Source of the DNA: Phoronis australis
Lineage: Eukaryota > Animalia > Phoronida
Reading direction: 5' to 3'
Length of the DNA stretch: 64,000 nucleotides
Assembly (NCBI GenBank): GCA_002633005.1
Contig: NMRA01000063.1
Span: 739,391 to 803,390 of the forward strand
The first letter of the stretch is position 1. Each line of letters begins with the position of its first letter. Below are positions 22,015 to 34,157 of the stretch, in pieces. The position numbers and the translations under genes were made by a program. Below the pieces are notes generated by a model that had not been told where the DNA came from, searched no databases, and saw nothing but the letters and a program-made list of their open reading frames with translations.

Positions 22015-22477
22015 TGGATAACAAGCGTTTCAATAGAACTCATCAAAAAATCACAAGTCTAAACAACACAGATCTAGGTTTTCTTGTCTGTATTTCATGG
22101 AAGAATAATTCGAATTTATCTCCGAACAGACCTCAACCTCCTGCTACGGACCTTGGTAAATTGGGCTGCCGAACTTTGTAGGCTACGGTGTGTCCAAATA
22201 CCAATAAATCCGTAACAGTGAAATAAAACAACACCGTTTTTATAAGAACTCGGTGTATTTTTAAGGGTTTTACGTTGAAGTTTGATGATTTATTGGTGTT
22301 AAACGATGAATTCAAGCGATAAGCTGACACCAGTATCCCGTGTTGTGAACTGCTGAACAGACTGCGTGTGAAACCAATGACATCAATGGATAATTTCAAC
22401 ACCTCCGTCTGCCGTCAGGTAACGCAACCGCACGTGCCGTTATCGAGTAGAACTACTCGATCTAAATTGATACAAAA
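22015..22477 (-). repeat. Right arm of diverged inverted repeat (partner 7527-7989)
   Basis: See left arm; includes the perfect hairpin ATCGAGTAG-AA-CTACTCGAT at 22442-22461. Confidence 0.85.
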
Positions 22478-22943
22478 TAGGTTGTTTTTGGGTGGCATTC
22501 TCTTCTAACGTGTCTCTGGAGATTTTCATGATGATTTAAAAGTCTTCTCGACTTCGTCACATGAACTAGTCTCAATTTTGTGCACATCTAGGTATGAGTC
22601 GCGCCACCAGCAAAATTTAAGTTGGAACATCTGTCTACACACACAGATTTTTAGCATACGAAAAGTCGTATACGAAAAAGTGTAGTGAGCATACAGGGTT
22701 TTAGACAACTGCCAAATATTTTTAAAAGAGCATAAGGAGCATCGACGGCCGCGTAAAAACCCAACGCTTGAATATCAGCTCATAGTATGTAACCAAAAAC
22801 GACAAAAAGCACTTAATTATCAATTTATTAAGCTGAATCACGTTGACTGATGGGCTAATGTATGTCGCAACAATTGAAAAACGGGCAAATGCATCAGGAA
22901 ACAAATCACATGAAAACATTTTCACGGAACCAAACACACTCTA

Positions 22944-23250
22944 CACCGTGGTGAAAAGATATCATAAAACCAGTTCGCTGAGGGACCAGATATACGCTGA
23001 GAGTCATTATCTACACAAATAATCTGGCCTGGTCCACCATGTGACCAAAAGTACACATGTGCTTATTATCCCTATAAAAATAGTCTATCTGTAGCGTGAC
23101 CAAACAGTTCCGGTTGAGGTAAAGTACACTGTGGTAAAAAGAAGACTAGATCGTCGAGGGACCAGAAATACACTGAGAGTCAATATCTACACAAATAATC
23201 TGTTCTGGTCCGTCGAGAGACTAGAAGTTCGCTATGCTAAATATCTCTAA
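22944..23250. repeat. Degenerate local repeat array interrupted by the pogo element; resumes at 24595-24745
   Basis: Three copies of acactgtggtaaaaa...gagagtcaatatctacacaaataatctg..ctggtcc. Confidence 0.7.
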
Positions 23251-23258
23251 AAATACTA

Positions 23259-24588
23259 CCGGGGTTTTCCGTAGATAAACCCACCCGATGAAACGCCCAT
23301 GTGCGCTTATTTGGAAAATTATTATTTGGTGTTGCAATTTGTCATGTCAAGTGTCCAAATTTAGTTTTGTGGAGCATTTATCATTTATAAAAACGAACAG
23401 AGTTGCCTAACTGCATTGATTAACATAAAAATATTTAAAACAGTTTTAAGTAGAAAATCAGTCATTAAACCTCTTAATCAACGTGTATTCAGTCCATGTC
23501 AATGTTTTCATCCACCTTCTCTGAATTTCTTTCCACCTCCGAGTCGCTGAAGGGATCCCGCGACTTGCCGGATATCCGCATTGTACCACATGTGTTCGCG
23601 AATCCGGGCGTTGAGGAATTCGGTAGAGACCATTTGCCCATCAGCAGCTATGCCGCAACATCCAAACGCTCTGATAATAATGACGTCCTGCGATATTTGC
23701 CGCACGGCTGAAGATACAAATTCTAGGAGTTTTTCGTAGGATGGGCGGCGGCGATACCCTTTCGGGGGTATATTCTTTCTGGCCGTTTTCAAGCCAATAC
23801 CGATACGGCTCTCGCAACCTAGCTTTGAACGGAGGGTTAACAGAAACATCAAATGGCCGATGGAAATAAGTAATTCTGGACGGAATTATCTTCACGCCAA
23901 TATTCAATTGTCGAAACTCTGCGGATACAGTTTATACACAGTGGCTCCGGTGTGCGTTCATTAGCTAAGTGGATTTGTCAGTGTTGAAATAAGGACCTAG
24001 CCTCATCATACTGTCTGTATGTATTGCATAAAGCGACTCGGCGTTCATCGATCCCCTACCTGGACTTCAATGTTGTTGGGTACACACTTGATCGGTACAG
24101 CATAAAAGTAGTCAAAGACGGACTTACGGTTGGGCACCTACCCGAATTTGTTATTTTTTCTGTTCACAATACGAGGTGGGAGTATTCAAGCCGTAGTTCA
24201 TAGATTTTCTGCTGACAGAGCTTGGGTGCGATCATCTTTGCCACAAGGAGGTCTGGAAGTGTCATGCACATTAATTTTCAATTTGCAAAACTTAATAAGC
24301 TGCTACACAATTAACGTTGTTAACAGGTATCAACGTATTCACAGCATTTCGTTAAAGGACTACCAATCCACCCAGACTGGGCTGTTTTAGTTACAAAAAT
24401 CATATCGCACTTCATGCTGGTATTTACGTAGCCCCCCTTTTCCGAATAAACGCCCGGGCGTTTATTGGGTATTTACGTAGCCCCCCTTTTCCGAATAAAC
24501 GCCCGGGCGTTTATTGGTGTAACTAAAATGCCGGAAAATTTTCGTTTTCCGAATACGCGCCCAGGGGCCTATCTACGGAATACCCCGA
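23259..24588 (-). mobile_element. Internally deleted pogo/Tigger-type (Tc1-mariner) DNA transposon
   Basis: TIR CCGGGGTTTTCCGTAGATA / TATCTACGGAATACCCCGA with TA on both sides; DDE_1 C-terminal remnant IIP..T..PFDVSVNPPFKARLR..W..RRPSYE..F.CCGI at about 23910-23560 (-). Confidence 0.88.
24088..24280 (+). pseudogene. HIRAN-like domain remnant inside the pogo element
   Basis: DRYSIKVVKDGLTVGHLP (frameshift) RGGSIQAVV..SLPQGGLEVSCTLIF. Confidence 0.6.
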
Positions 24589-26687
24589 TAAAACTGCCGC
24601 GAGACCAATAAGTACTAACTGCTCAATAGACAGTTTTACAAGGCACACTGTGGTAAAAATATTACAAGATCAGTTGGCCGAGAGAGTCAATAGCTACACA
24701 AATAAACTGGCCTAGTCCGTCGCGAGACCTAAAGTACACTATGCAAAGAGCCTGAATTGAAAACTGCTCCCTATACATTTTTTAATCCCCAGTGGTTGCT
24801 CATACATGTATTTTATACATCTTGCTGTTACTCATTGACAAAACTTTGCGCACTTTCACTCAAACAAGAAAGACTTGCTGAACACACGCCTTGAGTTGCT
24901 CTGGAGAAAGCGCTTTAGTTGATGACCAGTGACGTGTCTAGCCTTTCGTTGTTTCGTAATGCATGGCTATCAGTGATAACCCAGCAACCCTTTCCTCAGA
25001 CATAGTAGAAACGTTGCACGTCGATTCGCCTGAATATCAGGGTTGCGGTACCTGATTGTTTTCTCTAATCAAATCAAAACATATCTTAGAGTAAAGACGC
25101 TATTTACCTAAAAAATCAGCTATATATCTGCTTTTTCCGCGGTGGGTCCATCTAAGTGCTTAGCTGCTTCGAAAGTATCGACGGAAGCGCGCACAATTGA
25201 ACTCCGCGCGATTTACCGATGAGCCACGACAACTCGAAATGCGTTGCTTTTCGTGAGTACAGCAAATCGCAATGCAAAGAAATTACATTTTCAGGTTGAA
25301 CCCCCTCAAATTTTTCGAGATGGTTTACTTGGAGTTTAAACAAGCTGGCGTGCCGTTTTCGTTTTGTTGGTGACGTTTATTTTTTAATTTTTAATTTTTG
25401 GTCCTGTCTCAAGGGGGGGGGGTAAACCCCCTGAACCCCCCTGTAGATCCGCCACTGCAGAGTCGATTTCTTCCTGAACGACGCTCCACAACATACACAC
25501 AGTCCTTTGCCACATGCACCAGTTGCACTACTCTTTTTTGCAGGCGTAGACGTTATAATATATAACACCCTAAATAGTGGCAGCAGTTCAACTGCAAAAA
25601 GAATTGTGAGTGTCTTAGTGCAGGGCAAATAAGCTTGCACACAAAAATAAACGGCGGGAGACATTCACTGTTTTTTTAACCATTCTTTAAGTAGCAGTCT
25701 ATACCGGTTTTCTTAAAATAGAGAACGGCAAAATTTGAAACTTAAATTTAAGCAAAAGACATGTATATACTTGACAAAAAGCGCGGGGTTCCCTGATTAG
25801 CGATATGCCAACACATAATCCTGAAATAGACCAAACCAACAGGTAACCTGGACATGTCATCTATATTTAGGAGCCGTCTTAACTGCTTACCTTCTGAAAA
25901 GTGAAGATTTACACTTCATTTGCTTTGAGATAATCATTGGGCCTAGGTAATTTGAGCAGGAGCCCCGCGTTTCGACTTATACTTACGCGCCCGCAATTGC
26001 TAATGCGGCGACACTGCGCATAAGTGCTGTAAATAGCCGAGACATTGAAGTAATAGACTTGTTACTTTCAGGTTAACCTTGAGCTCAAAGCATCCAGATG
26101 ACGAGCGCATGATCGCGGCAGACCTTACGTTTTTTTCCAAGCCTCTCACCGCGGCGTTGAGACTACCCCAGGACGGCAACAGCCAGCTAGTGGACACTGT
26201 ACGACTGGAGAAGTCGAAGTCAGCGGACAGTGCAGGAAATTAGGTAGATCACTGGACATGGAGAAAATTGGGAAATGATAGCCGTCGATATGGTCATATA
26301 TGATAGCCCCGCCGTTAAATAAGGCCTTACAAAAATAAGAGACCATGAATTTCGTGAAAAACACAATAAAGGCGCATCATTTACAACGTTTCATCAGTAC
26401 GCACGGGGTGACAATCTCGCTGGTTCCTTACGTGCGGCACGCAAGGAATCAGCGAGGGTGACAATATTACCACGTGAATGAATAGAAATTTGTTTTTATA
26501 TTTTATATTCCTGTACAACTAATCATACAGAGCATTTTAACTCTTCCTAAGTTCGCAGCCCCTTCGGGCGGCCCTCATGCAGATTTTCTCGCCCCTCCAG
26601 CATAATGTAGTATAATGACATCATCAACGAAACTTAAACAAGGCCTCGACAGCTGAGAAGCCGGTGGGCACCGGCTCAGGAATTACT

Positions 26688-26830
26688 TATGGACGGCGCA
26701 CCATAGGGGGCTGAGAGGGCTATAGCCCCACTTTTTTCAGTGCTACGCCGCACATGGTCTATAGATGGTGCACCACAGGGGGGAAAGGGGGCTTTAGCCC
26801 CCCACTTTTTTCAGTGCTGCACCGCCCATG
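26688..26830. mobile_element. Short hAT-like MITE (internal dimer) with 5-bp TSD
   Basis: tATGGACGGCGCAC ... GCACCGCCCATG; TTACT on both flanks; two ~70-bp internal copies. Confidence 0.6.
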
Positions 26831-27013
26831 TTACTAGAGTGTGCGTTTCGCGATATCTCGTAAAAATATTGCTAGTTCACCTGTCCTGTATTTGAAAACA
26901 TCAAAATACTAACCGACAGCAAAACCTACAGGCTTTAAATGCTGAAACGCTGGGTGCTGAAAGGTTGCGGTAACGGGGTGTATTTTCACGTCCCTGTGGT
27001 CTCGCGTCGCACG

Positions 27014-28342
27014 CCCATATGAAAATATTCAATAGGATCCTATAGGAATTCCCATAGGATCCTGTAGGAATTCGTATAGGATCCTATAGGAATTCTTATA
27101 AGAATATCGATATCGTATAGGAAATTTTTCACAAATCTGTAACAAATAGCCTAAGAATACATAGAAAAATATGGGTTTGTGTTTATCAGCTCTTCTGAGT
27201 CACTAATTTTTGTAAATTTTAATATTCAGGCGAGTCTTAATACATGTACGTTAATTGCTTCGTAAAATCCTATTGAACTTCCAATAGAATCCTATTGAAC
27301 TGCCTACTGGATATACGAAAGTCTTATACGAATTCCTATAGGGTTTCTTATAGGATATCCTAAAGGATTTCTATAGGATTTCCAATTGGATGCTTTAGGA
27401 AATGTTTTAGGATCCTATTGGATTTCCTAAAGGATCCAATAGGAAATTCTATAGGATCCAATAGGAAATCCCATGGGATTCCTATATGAAATCCTATAGG
27501 ATTTCCTACAAGAAATCCTAAAGGATTTCCTATAGGATACTATTGAACTTCCTATAGGATCTTGTTGAACTTATAGAATCCTACTGAATTTCTTGTAGAT
27601 GAAATTCTCTTAAAACATAACATAAAGAGTAAACTATACAGCTGTCATTATAGATGTTTCATTTCTGGTGTTGTAAATTATAATTTTGTATATTAACTTC
27701 TAAGGAAACGTTTTCATTATGTGTAAGGCTTAGTGGCTAAAATGGATAGTTTCTCAAGTGGACAACAGGTGTCACTGAAAGGCGATTCAATAAACAGTTA
27801 TCTTTACTGCAATTAAAACACTCGACATAAGCTTACAGCTTTGACTATCAGAGAATAACATATAAAAGCCTATAGCATTCAGCATTTAAATATAAGTTAC
27901 TTTAACATGTTTTGAAAAAAGAACACGCAAGTCATTTGTAGCCCCAGTTTAGTGCACCATTTGTAACATATATTGATATCCTACTGTAGACCTCGTTTAA
28001 GAACAGTTTAGACTACTGTACAAGAACTTTGAGGTTACCTGTCTTCCAGATGAATTTCTTTTGTTGAAAACATTGTTGTTTTATTGTATTATGTATGCAT
28101 TGAAAAAGTCATGATGGGAAATCGAAATCCTAATGGATTTCTCAAAAGCTTTATAAAATTCCTATAGGGTTTCCTATAGGATATCCTAAAGGATTCCTAT
28201 AGGATCTAATAGAAAATCCTATAGGAAATCATATAGGATCCAATAGGAATTCAATTGGATTTTGGCCCAATATCCTATAGGAATCCTATAGGATTTCCTA
28301 TAGGAATCGAACAGGAAATCCTATTGGAATTTTTCGTAAGGG
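27014..28342. mobile_element. Non-autonomous TIR element with CCC...GGG ends and dense ATCCTATAGGA(A/T) subterminal arrays (EnSpm/CACTA-like)
   Basis: CCCATATGAAAATATTCAATAGGAT vs ATCCTATTGGAATTTTTCGTAAGGG; arrays at 27030-27120, 27265-27590 and 28125-28330. Confidence 0.75.
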
Positions 28343-31105
28343 CATTCACGTCTGTGATAAAAGTGCTTGAATGTGGTTGTAGATAAGTTCCGTGGTAGGG
28401 TTTTTGCGGGGTCAAAGTTTCACTTCCCAAAGTCATAAACATTCTTCTTAGTAACCGTAACTAAGAGTACTGAGCATCGTCTACTCGGTAGCTGACACTC
28501 TTGATGCAGCAGTCTGTAGCCACTCTGACAGTATCGCTCTAGTACACGTGACCTGGTTTCAGTAAAATGTGACACTGCAACGTAAAGTTTTGGTATTGTT
28601 GTCAGTAAGTATTGGAAAATTTCAGTTTTAAAAAGCCTAGCTCTTCAACAGCCTCAAATGGGAAACGCCTACGACCGGCCATTTGTTTATTTAACTTAAA
28701 ACTATTCTCTCGCGCGCTGTGTGACATATCAGAAACTTGGCTAATAAACTCTACTCAGAGGACTCTACCATAATCATAGCAAATGGTATCAATCATCATG
28801 GTGATAAAACAAATGGCCCACATATATTGCAGCACAACCCTGTCAAAACTAGTGGCACATAGACACTTTAAACTGGCAATGGCCTATCATTGTTTACAAA
28901 GGTTTGAGACATATTAGGCCTATGCGTGATTGAGCTAATGTACAAATTGAGTTTACATGGTGAGTAAAGAAGAAATGTAACTTTAATTAAAAGTTTCAAA
29001 ACAGAAGACAATAAGTGCATTTTCCTAGTTACAGTAACTAGTATAAAACACAATAATAAAAGTCATTTAGTATGAGCTGTTGCTGAACTTTAAGCGAATT
29101 ACCTGAACACAATAGGTAATGTTTTTATTATCATTAAACACAAAAATTAATGCACGTAAACCTCATTTAGAAAAATGCCTGCAAGAATTATTGCAATAAA
29201 ATTTATCATAACTGAACGCCTTCTAATAGTCATATATTGTTTAACTGGAAGCAGAGAGGGACTATTGCGGATTGTGAACAAGGAAATAATATAGTTGACA
29301 AAGAACGTAACCAATTCATGGGAAATAAAAAGCCCGTTCTGCCGCGGAAGGGCACGTAACTGTAAACAACCGAACGTTTTATAACGAAACTATGAAGTGC
29401 GTACAGCCCAGTGGAGTCAGCTAATGTACGAGTGGAATCGCCAGCAAATCAACATGGGAGGTAACATCCAGAAACCGCAAAACGGGCCAAAACATGCTGA
29501 AGAGACAAACTCCATGAAACGGAAATACTTAGAAAATAATCAAGTGTGGCCGTGTCTGTTGCGAAATCAAAAAATCGAAGAAGTCAGACGACACATCGCA
29601 AAAGGAGAAGCAGACGGGGCATTGAGAACAATCCAAATTCTCAAAGAGGTGAGCCTCCAAACAAATTATTGGCGCAATTAAGAACGTGAAAACAGCAAGA
29701 GCGAAACAATGAATATCAAAATTTACAAATCATTCAATTTATTTTTGGGGTAGTCAGTCATTGCTATGGTCACACCTTGTCCAAACGTTGCATAACCCTA
29801 TCGAAAAATATGCAAATCTGGTTAACTTGGCAACATCATACATCCTGAGATAACGCTTGATTGGATTCACGTGAAACTGTAATATAATCCATTTTATGCA
29901 TTGTACGCCAAAACGCGGTAAGAACAAATTGTTTTTGAAATGTATTATTTATGCATGTTATCAAAAGTAGGACTTTCAAAATTTTCAAGAAAAAAAAATA
30001 AGAAGTTGCATAAAGCGAAATGATATCTTAGAAAACTGCAACAGCGTTTTTGAGATGTCACGTTGAACAGATGGAATTGCACTAAGACATGGACACGTGA
30101 ACCAATCAACAACAGATTGTAAACAAGTTATCAATCAAATTCTACAGGAATATGTACAGGAATATGTAACGCCTATATGTACTTTTACTGAGTTCACACC
30201 TATAGTTTTCTAGATATATGGCTAAGTACGAAGACCAGTCAAAAACACAATATTAAGGTTTTAACTACCCTTAAATAAAAAACATCTATGGCAAAAACTG
30301 GTCAGTACATTCATCTTCCTACAACAAACTTGAGGAATAAAGACACTATACAAGATGGTGATTTTATCGAATCCTCGAAGACCATTGCTTTACATAATTT
30401 TTCAATTTTCCAGTAATTTTCACGGAGATCAATAGTTGCCACTGACACACATCCTTCTTCATTTAAATATTTCGGATAAAAACGACTCTTAATTGCGTGT
30501 CACTCGAAAGTCGAAGAGGATTCGTTTACAGTATGAACAACGAGATAAAATACGAGATTCAACGAAACAATAACACAGATCATCTCAATGGTCAACCCAC
30601 ACATAGTTCACAACCAAATTGTCACAAACAACGTGATTTGAAACAAGCCCATTCAGTGCTCGTACATAGATGGTTCATACATTCTTGAGATTATATTCTG
30701 TAAAGACTGCTAGGGTGTCCAGGGAGATGAAACAGAATTTAGAATGTTAATACTAGACACAATATGACTGCTCCAAGACATTCGACTTCTTGACATCACG
30801 TGACTTCGTTTATCCAGGGCTCGAAATCCAATCACCACTGGTGTAAATTGCAGACGCTAATATGCGATGCACAGCAAAGTTGCGCGCACCCTAACTCGTG
30901 GGTCAAACTGGCATTTAAATGGTTCGCTTCTAGAAGAGATCTACGAACACTAGTAATGGCACTACGATAAATAAATGGTTCGCTTCTAGAAGAGATCACT
31001 AGACACTACGGTAAATAAATGTAGCCAATTCCTGGATTAACGTTGAATTTCAGCTGTACCAGGAAAAAAAAGAAGAGGAAGAAAGCGGCTTCAATTTTTT
31101 GATAG

Positions 31106-33878
31106 ATGATAGCAGCGACAAACTTATCCAGCAATTAATACGGATAATAAAGGAGAAAGAAATTCGTTGGAGGCCTAGAGGGGATTTTGTGTGTCACCAA
31201 CTTTCTATGAATGTGGTCCCACCAAGCACCCGGAAAAGATCTGAAACGGAAAGTCTACCACCTCTCAAAGATGGGATGACGGAGTTGAACCTACAGGGCT
31301 ACATTGTGCACGGCACGCTACCGGCAATTATAAGTCTGTGTCACCAATGTGCCGGTAAACTTCGTTGGTCAGTAAAGATTTTATGATTTTCACAACTTTT
31401 ACGATTCAGAGAACTTAAAAAGGGTCATAACTGTGAGTACAACTTGTTCGATTCTATAGCCCAACAACAAGTTGGAAAGTTTACCCCTGTAGCCAATATC
31501 TTACACGACTGATTAACTCCATTCTGGCATTTATGGTTGGAGGGCAAGCTCTCTTTTGTTCGATAATTGCTCAAATCTCCCATAAGTTCGTATCTACCCT
31601 GACTGGGCTGGGCTGTTAAAAATAAAAGTAAAGTTTTAACATATTTGAACATAAACCAATAGCATTTATGAAATCTTCGTCAAATCATGATCATGTTTAG
31701 TTTTTGAATCGCCAAAATCGCCCATTGAACTGCAACCTAAGTTACGACTATCTATTCATTCACTCAGAGCTTGACTGGTCTGTAATAAGCCTGGTAGATA
31801 ATTGGCCTGTTGTTTGTCATGAAAGACAAAAGAATGTGTTAGGCAGTTAACAAAGAAGCTAGATGTTGTCACACGCTCAGAACCCCCTATGTCTGGTAAA
31901 GCCACTGAACGGGAAAACGCTGTCATGTAAATTGGCCCGGCCTTCGCTTCACAAAGGAATAGCACAACTTGTTCACTACCTAACAAAACTACATAATGTG
32001 CGTCTTGTGAAAGGAACAAAACGCTCTTGTTAACGACAGTCTTTTGTTCGTTTTCATCACTTTAAAGAACTAAAAAGACGTTTTATCGATGAAAGTTTTG
32101 CATCCATGAATATCCATATTTTTCTCAAAACAGCTATAAATTCATCCAAGAACTCAACTTTTGATTTACGATCACTTACTTAACCGGAGTGCTCTCAAGT
32201 AGGGCCTAGAACACTGAGTACATGGACAATGATGAATTAATTACTATGTAAACATACAATCAAAAACTCATCTCACGTAAACCTTGCATTTAGCTCCAAA
32301 ATAACTCTATTCTTAGAACACAGGGCTTGGAATGACAAAAACAGGAAAAATTTCCAGGCGATGTATCGTTCTACATATAAATAGGTTTGTGCGATAGAAA
32401 TATATTTTTGCGTTGAAATAGTTTTTGCACGAATAAAGTCAAAATAATGATAAAAACAGAAGAAAAAAAGGGAACTGGAAATCGAATAAGACAATCAAGA
32501 GGAAATCGAAATCAAAAAAGACGAAATCCTCTAAAAGGAAGAAAACTTCAAGCCCTGAGAACAACTGCAGATAACCCAATGTCTTGACGCAAGTAACCAG
32601 TCCAAAGAATGCCGTCCGTGTGCACACAATCGCAGCTAATTTCCCACTAAGTTCAAACAATACGCTTTGCTAATAAGATTTCTAATTTCCAGTTTACAGT
32701 AAATGAAGTGTAATCTTAAGGAATACATGGAATATTATCTCAAACCATGTCGCTTACGCAAACCTCAGTGTTTTCTAGCTGTCCAAACTGAGCCCCAGTT
32801 CAGGCAACAAATATCAAAACATCAGACTTGTGTTTATTTAAGTCAGCATTTGAGGTCAAACATAGTCAGTTTGTGTCAATCTGGTTTGGACTTAGACTAA
32901 GTAAAACTCGTTGTTAATAATACGAATGTCATGCGCGCACCCGCGGGGTGGGTCCGTTGGGGGGTTCGAACGAGCCCCCCATTTGGCGAAGTGGGTAAAA
33001 AGGTCCGCCTCAGAGAAACCAAAAGACTGAGAAAATGAGACAAAAGTCCACTAAAAAGGCGCAGACGCACAGTTTACAGTTCTGAAGGTGGTACCCCGTC
33101 TTTTAGTCCTTCTGCTTTTTTTGTTAGCAAAAGGTCCACTTTATCAGAAATCGAGCCCCCCATATTAAAGGCTGGGACCGCGCATGAATGCTAACCCAAA
33201 CCGTCACAATCCAGCTGTTGCGACAATTTAAGTGAGATGTGATTAGCGTTTATAGACCTTACTACACCAAGGCGAGGCTAGGCGCTTTACCTCGCGCGCC
33301 TTTTCCTAATTCTGGTGGCAGCAAGGTTCACCCAAGCCAAGCAGCAAGTCGAGCCTATTCACAACACACCGAGTTCACTGAGCGAGTAAATTTGTGTTCC
33401 TACATCAGTCTCCTTTCATCTCTGGTAACGAGCTTGAGACGCACGTATCATTTGTCTGTTATCCGGGACATATGTCGATCATAAATTATGTCAGTACGGT
33501 AATGCGCTGTCTGCAGGTGACAGCGATGAGTGGGCTCAGTGTACTTTTTAAACGCAACTAATAAGTCACTGTACCACCATCCGAATTTTGAAAGTTAAAC
33601 TAATAGTAGATAATATAAAATACTTACACCAAACCAAGATTAGTGACTAAATTGGCTCATGTTGAAAATTCATTAGTTTATATCTAAAACGATGGGGGTA
33701 ATTTCGATTTTCCACCTTTTTATTTTCAAGCTTGAGAGTGCTGGACATTGGCTTCACGGGAATAAATAACTCCGAGGCAGAAATTCTGTTGCCTCATTTG
33801 GCCACACTTAGTCTGTTGACATTCTTAGGACTTAGAGGAAATCGTCTGGAGAAGAGCATCATCAACACTCTGACTACG
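31106..33878 (+). pseudogene. Decayed leucine-rich-repeat gene (RI-like, LRRC14/PRAME-like)
   Basis: Exon-like 31106-31354 (GMTELNLQGY..); disrupted LRRs at 33410-33595 (ISGNEL, YGNALS, HCTTIRILK); intact exon-like 33731-33878 LRVLDIGFTGI..LLPHLATLSLLTFLGLRGNRL between ag and gt. Confidence 0.5.
32930..33186. mobile_element. Second copy of the CATGCGCGCACCC MITE, opposite orientation
   Basis: CATGCGCGCACCC ... GGGACCGCGCATG; internal aaaaaggtcc blocks are the reverse complement of those in 5645-5906. Confidence 0.75.
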
Positions 33879-34157
33879 GTAGGTCCCACTCACATGGTAC
33901 CGTCGAATTATCTTCACCTGGTAGGAAGTCTTGATCCTATAGGAATTCCTATTCGATCCTATGGATCATTTTCGTTAGAGTACTCTTCATGCAAAAAGCA
34001 TGGCATTATCTCGTAGGCCAACAAAAGCACAAGGCCAAGCGACCATCTCTGACTTTTATAATTGGGCCTTATTTCTTCTGCTCCCTGATTTTCTCTTAAA
34101 TTGTTTTTGCCTAGAAATTTTAGAGCTGTATCGTGAAATATCGACTTCTACAACAGC

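Noticed and set aside
29397-29681. 94-aa ORF with a GTGAG donor near 29649
   Set aside because: No recognisable homology and no clear acceptor; it might belong to the LRR remnant but this is unsupported.
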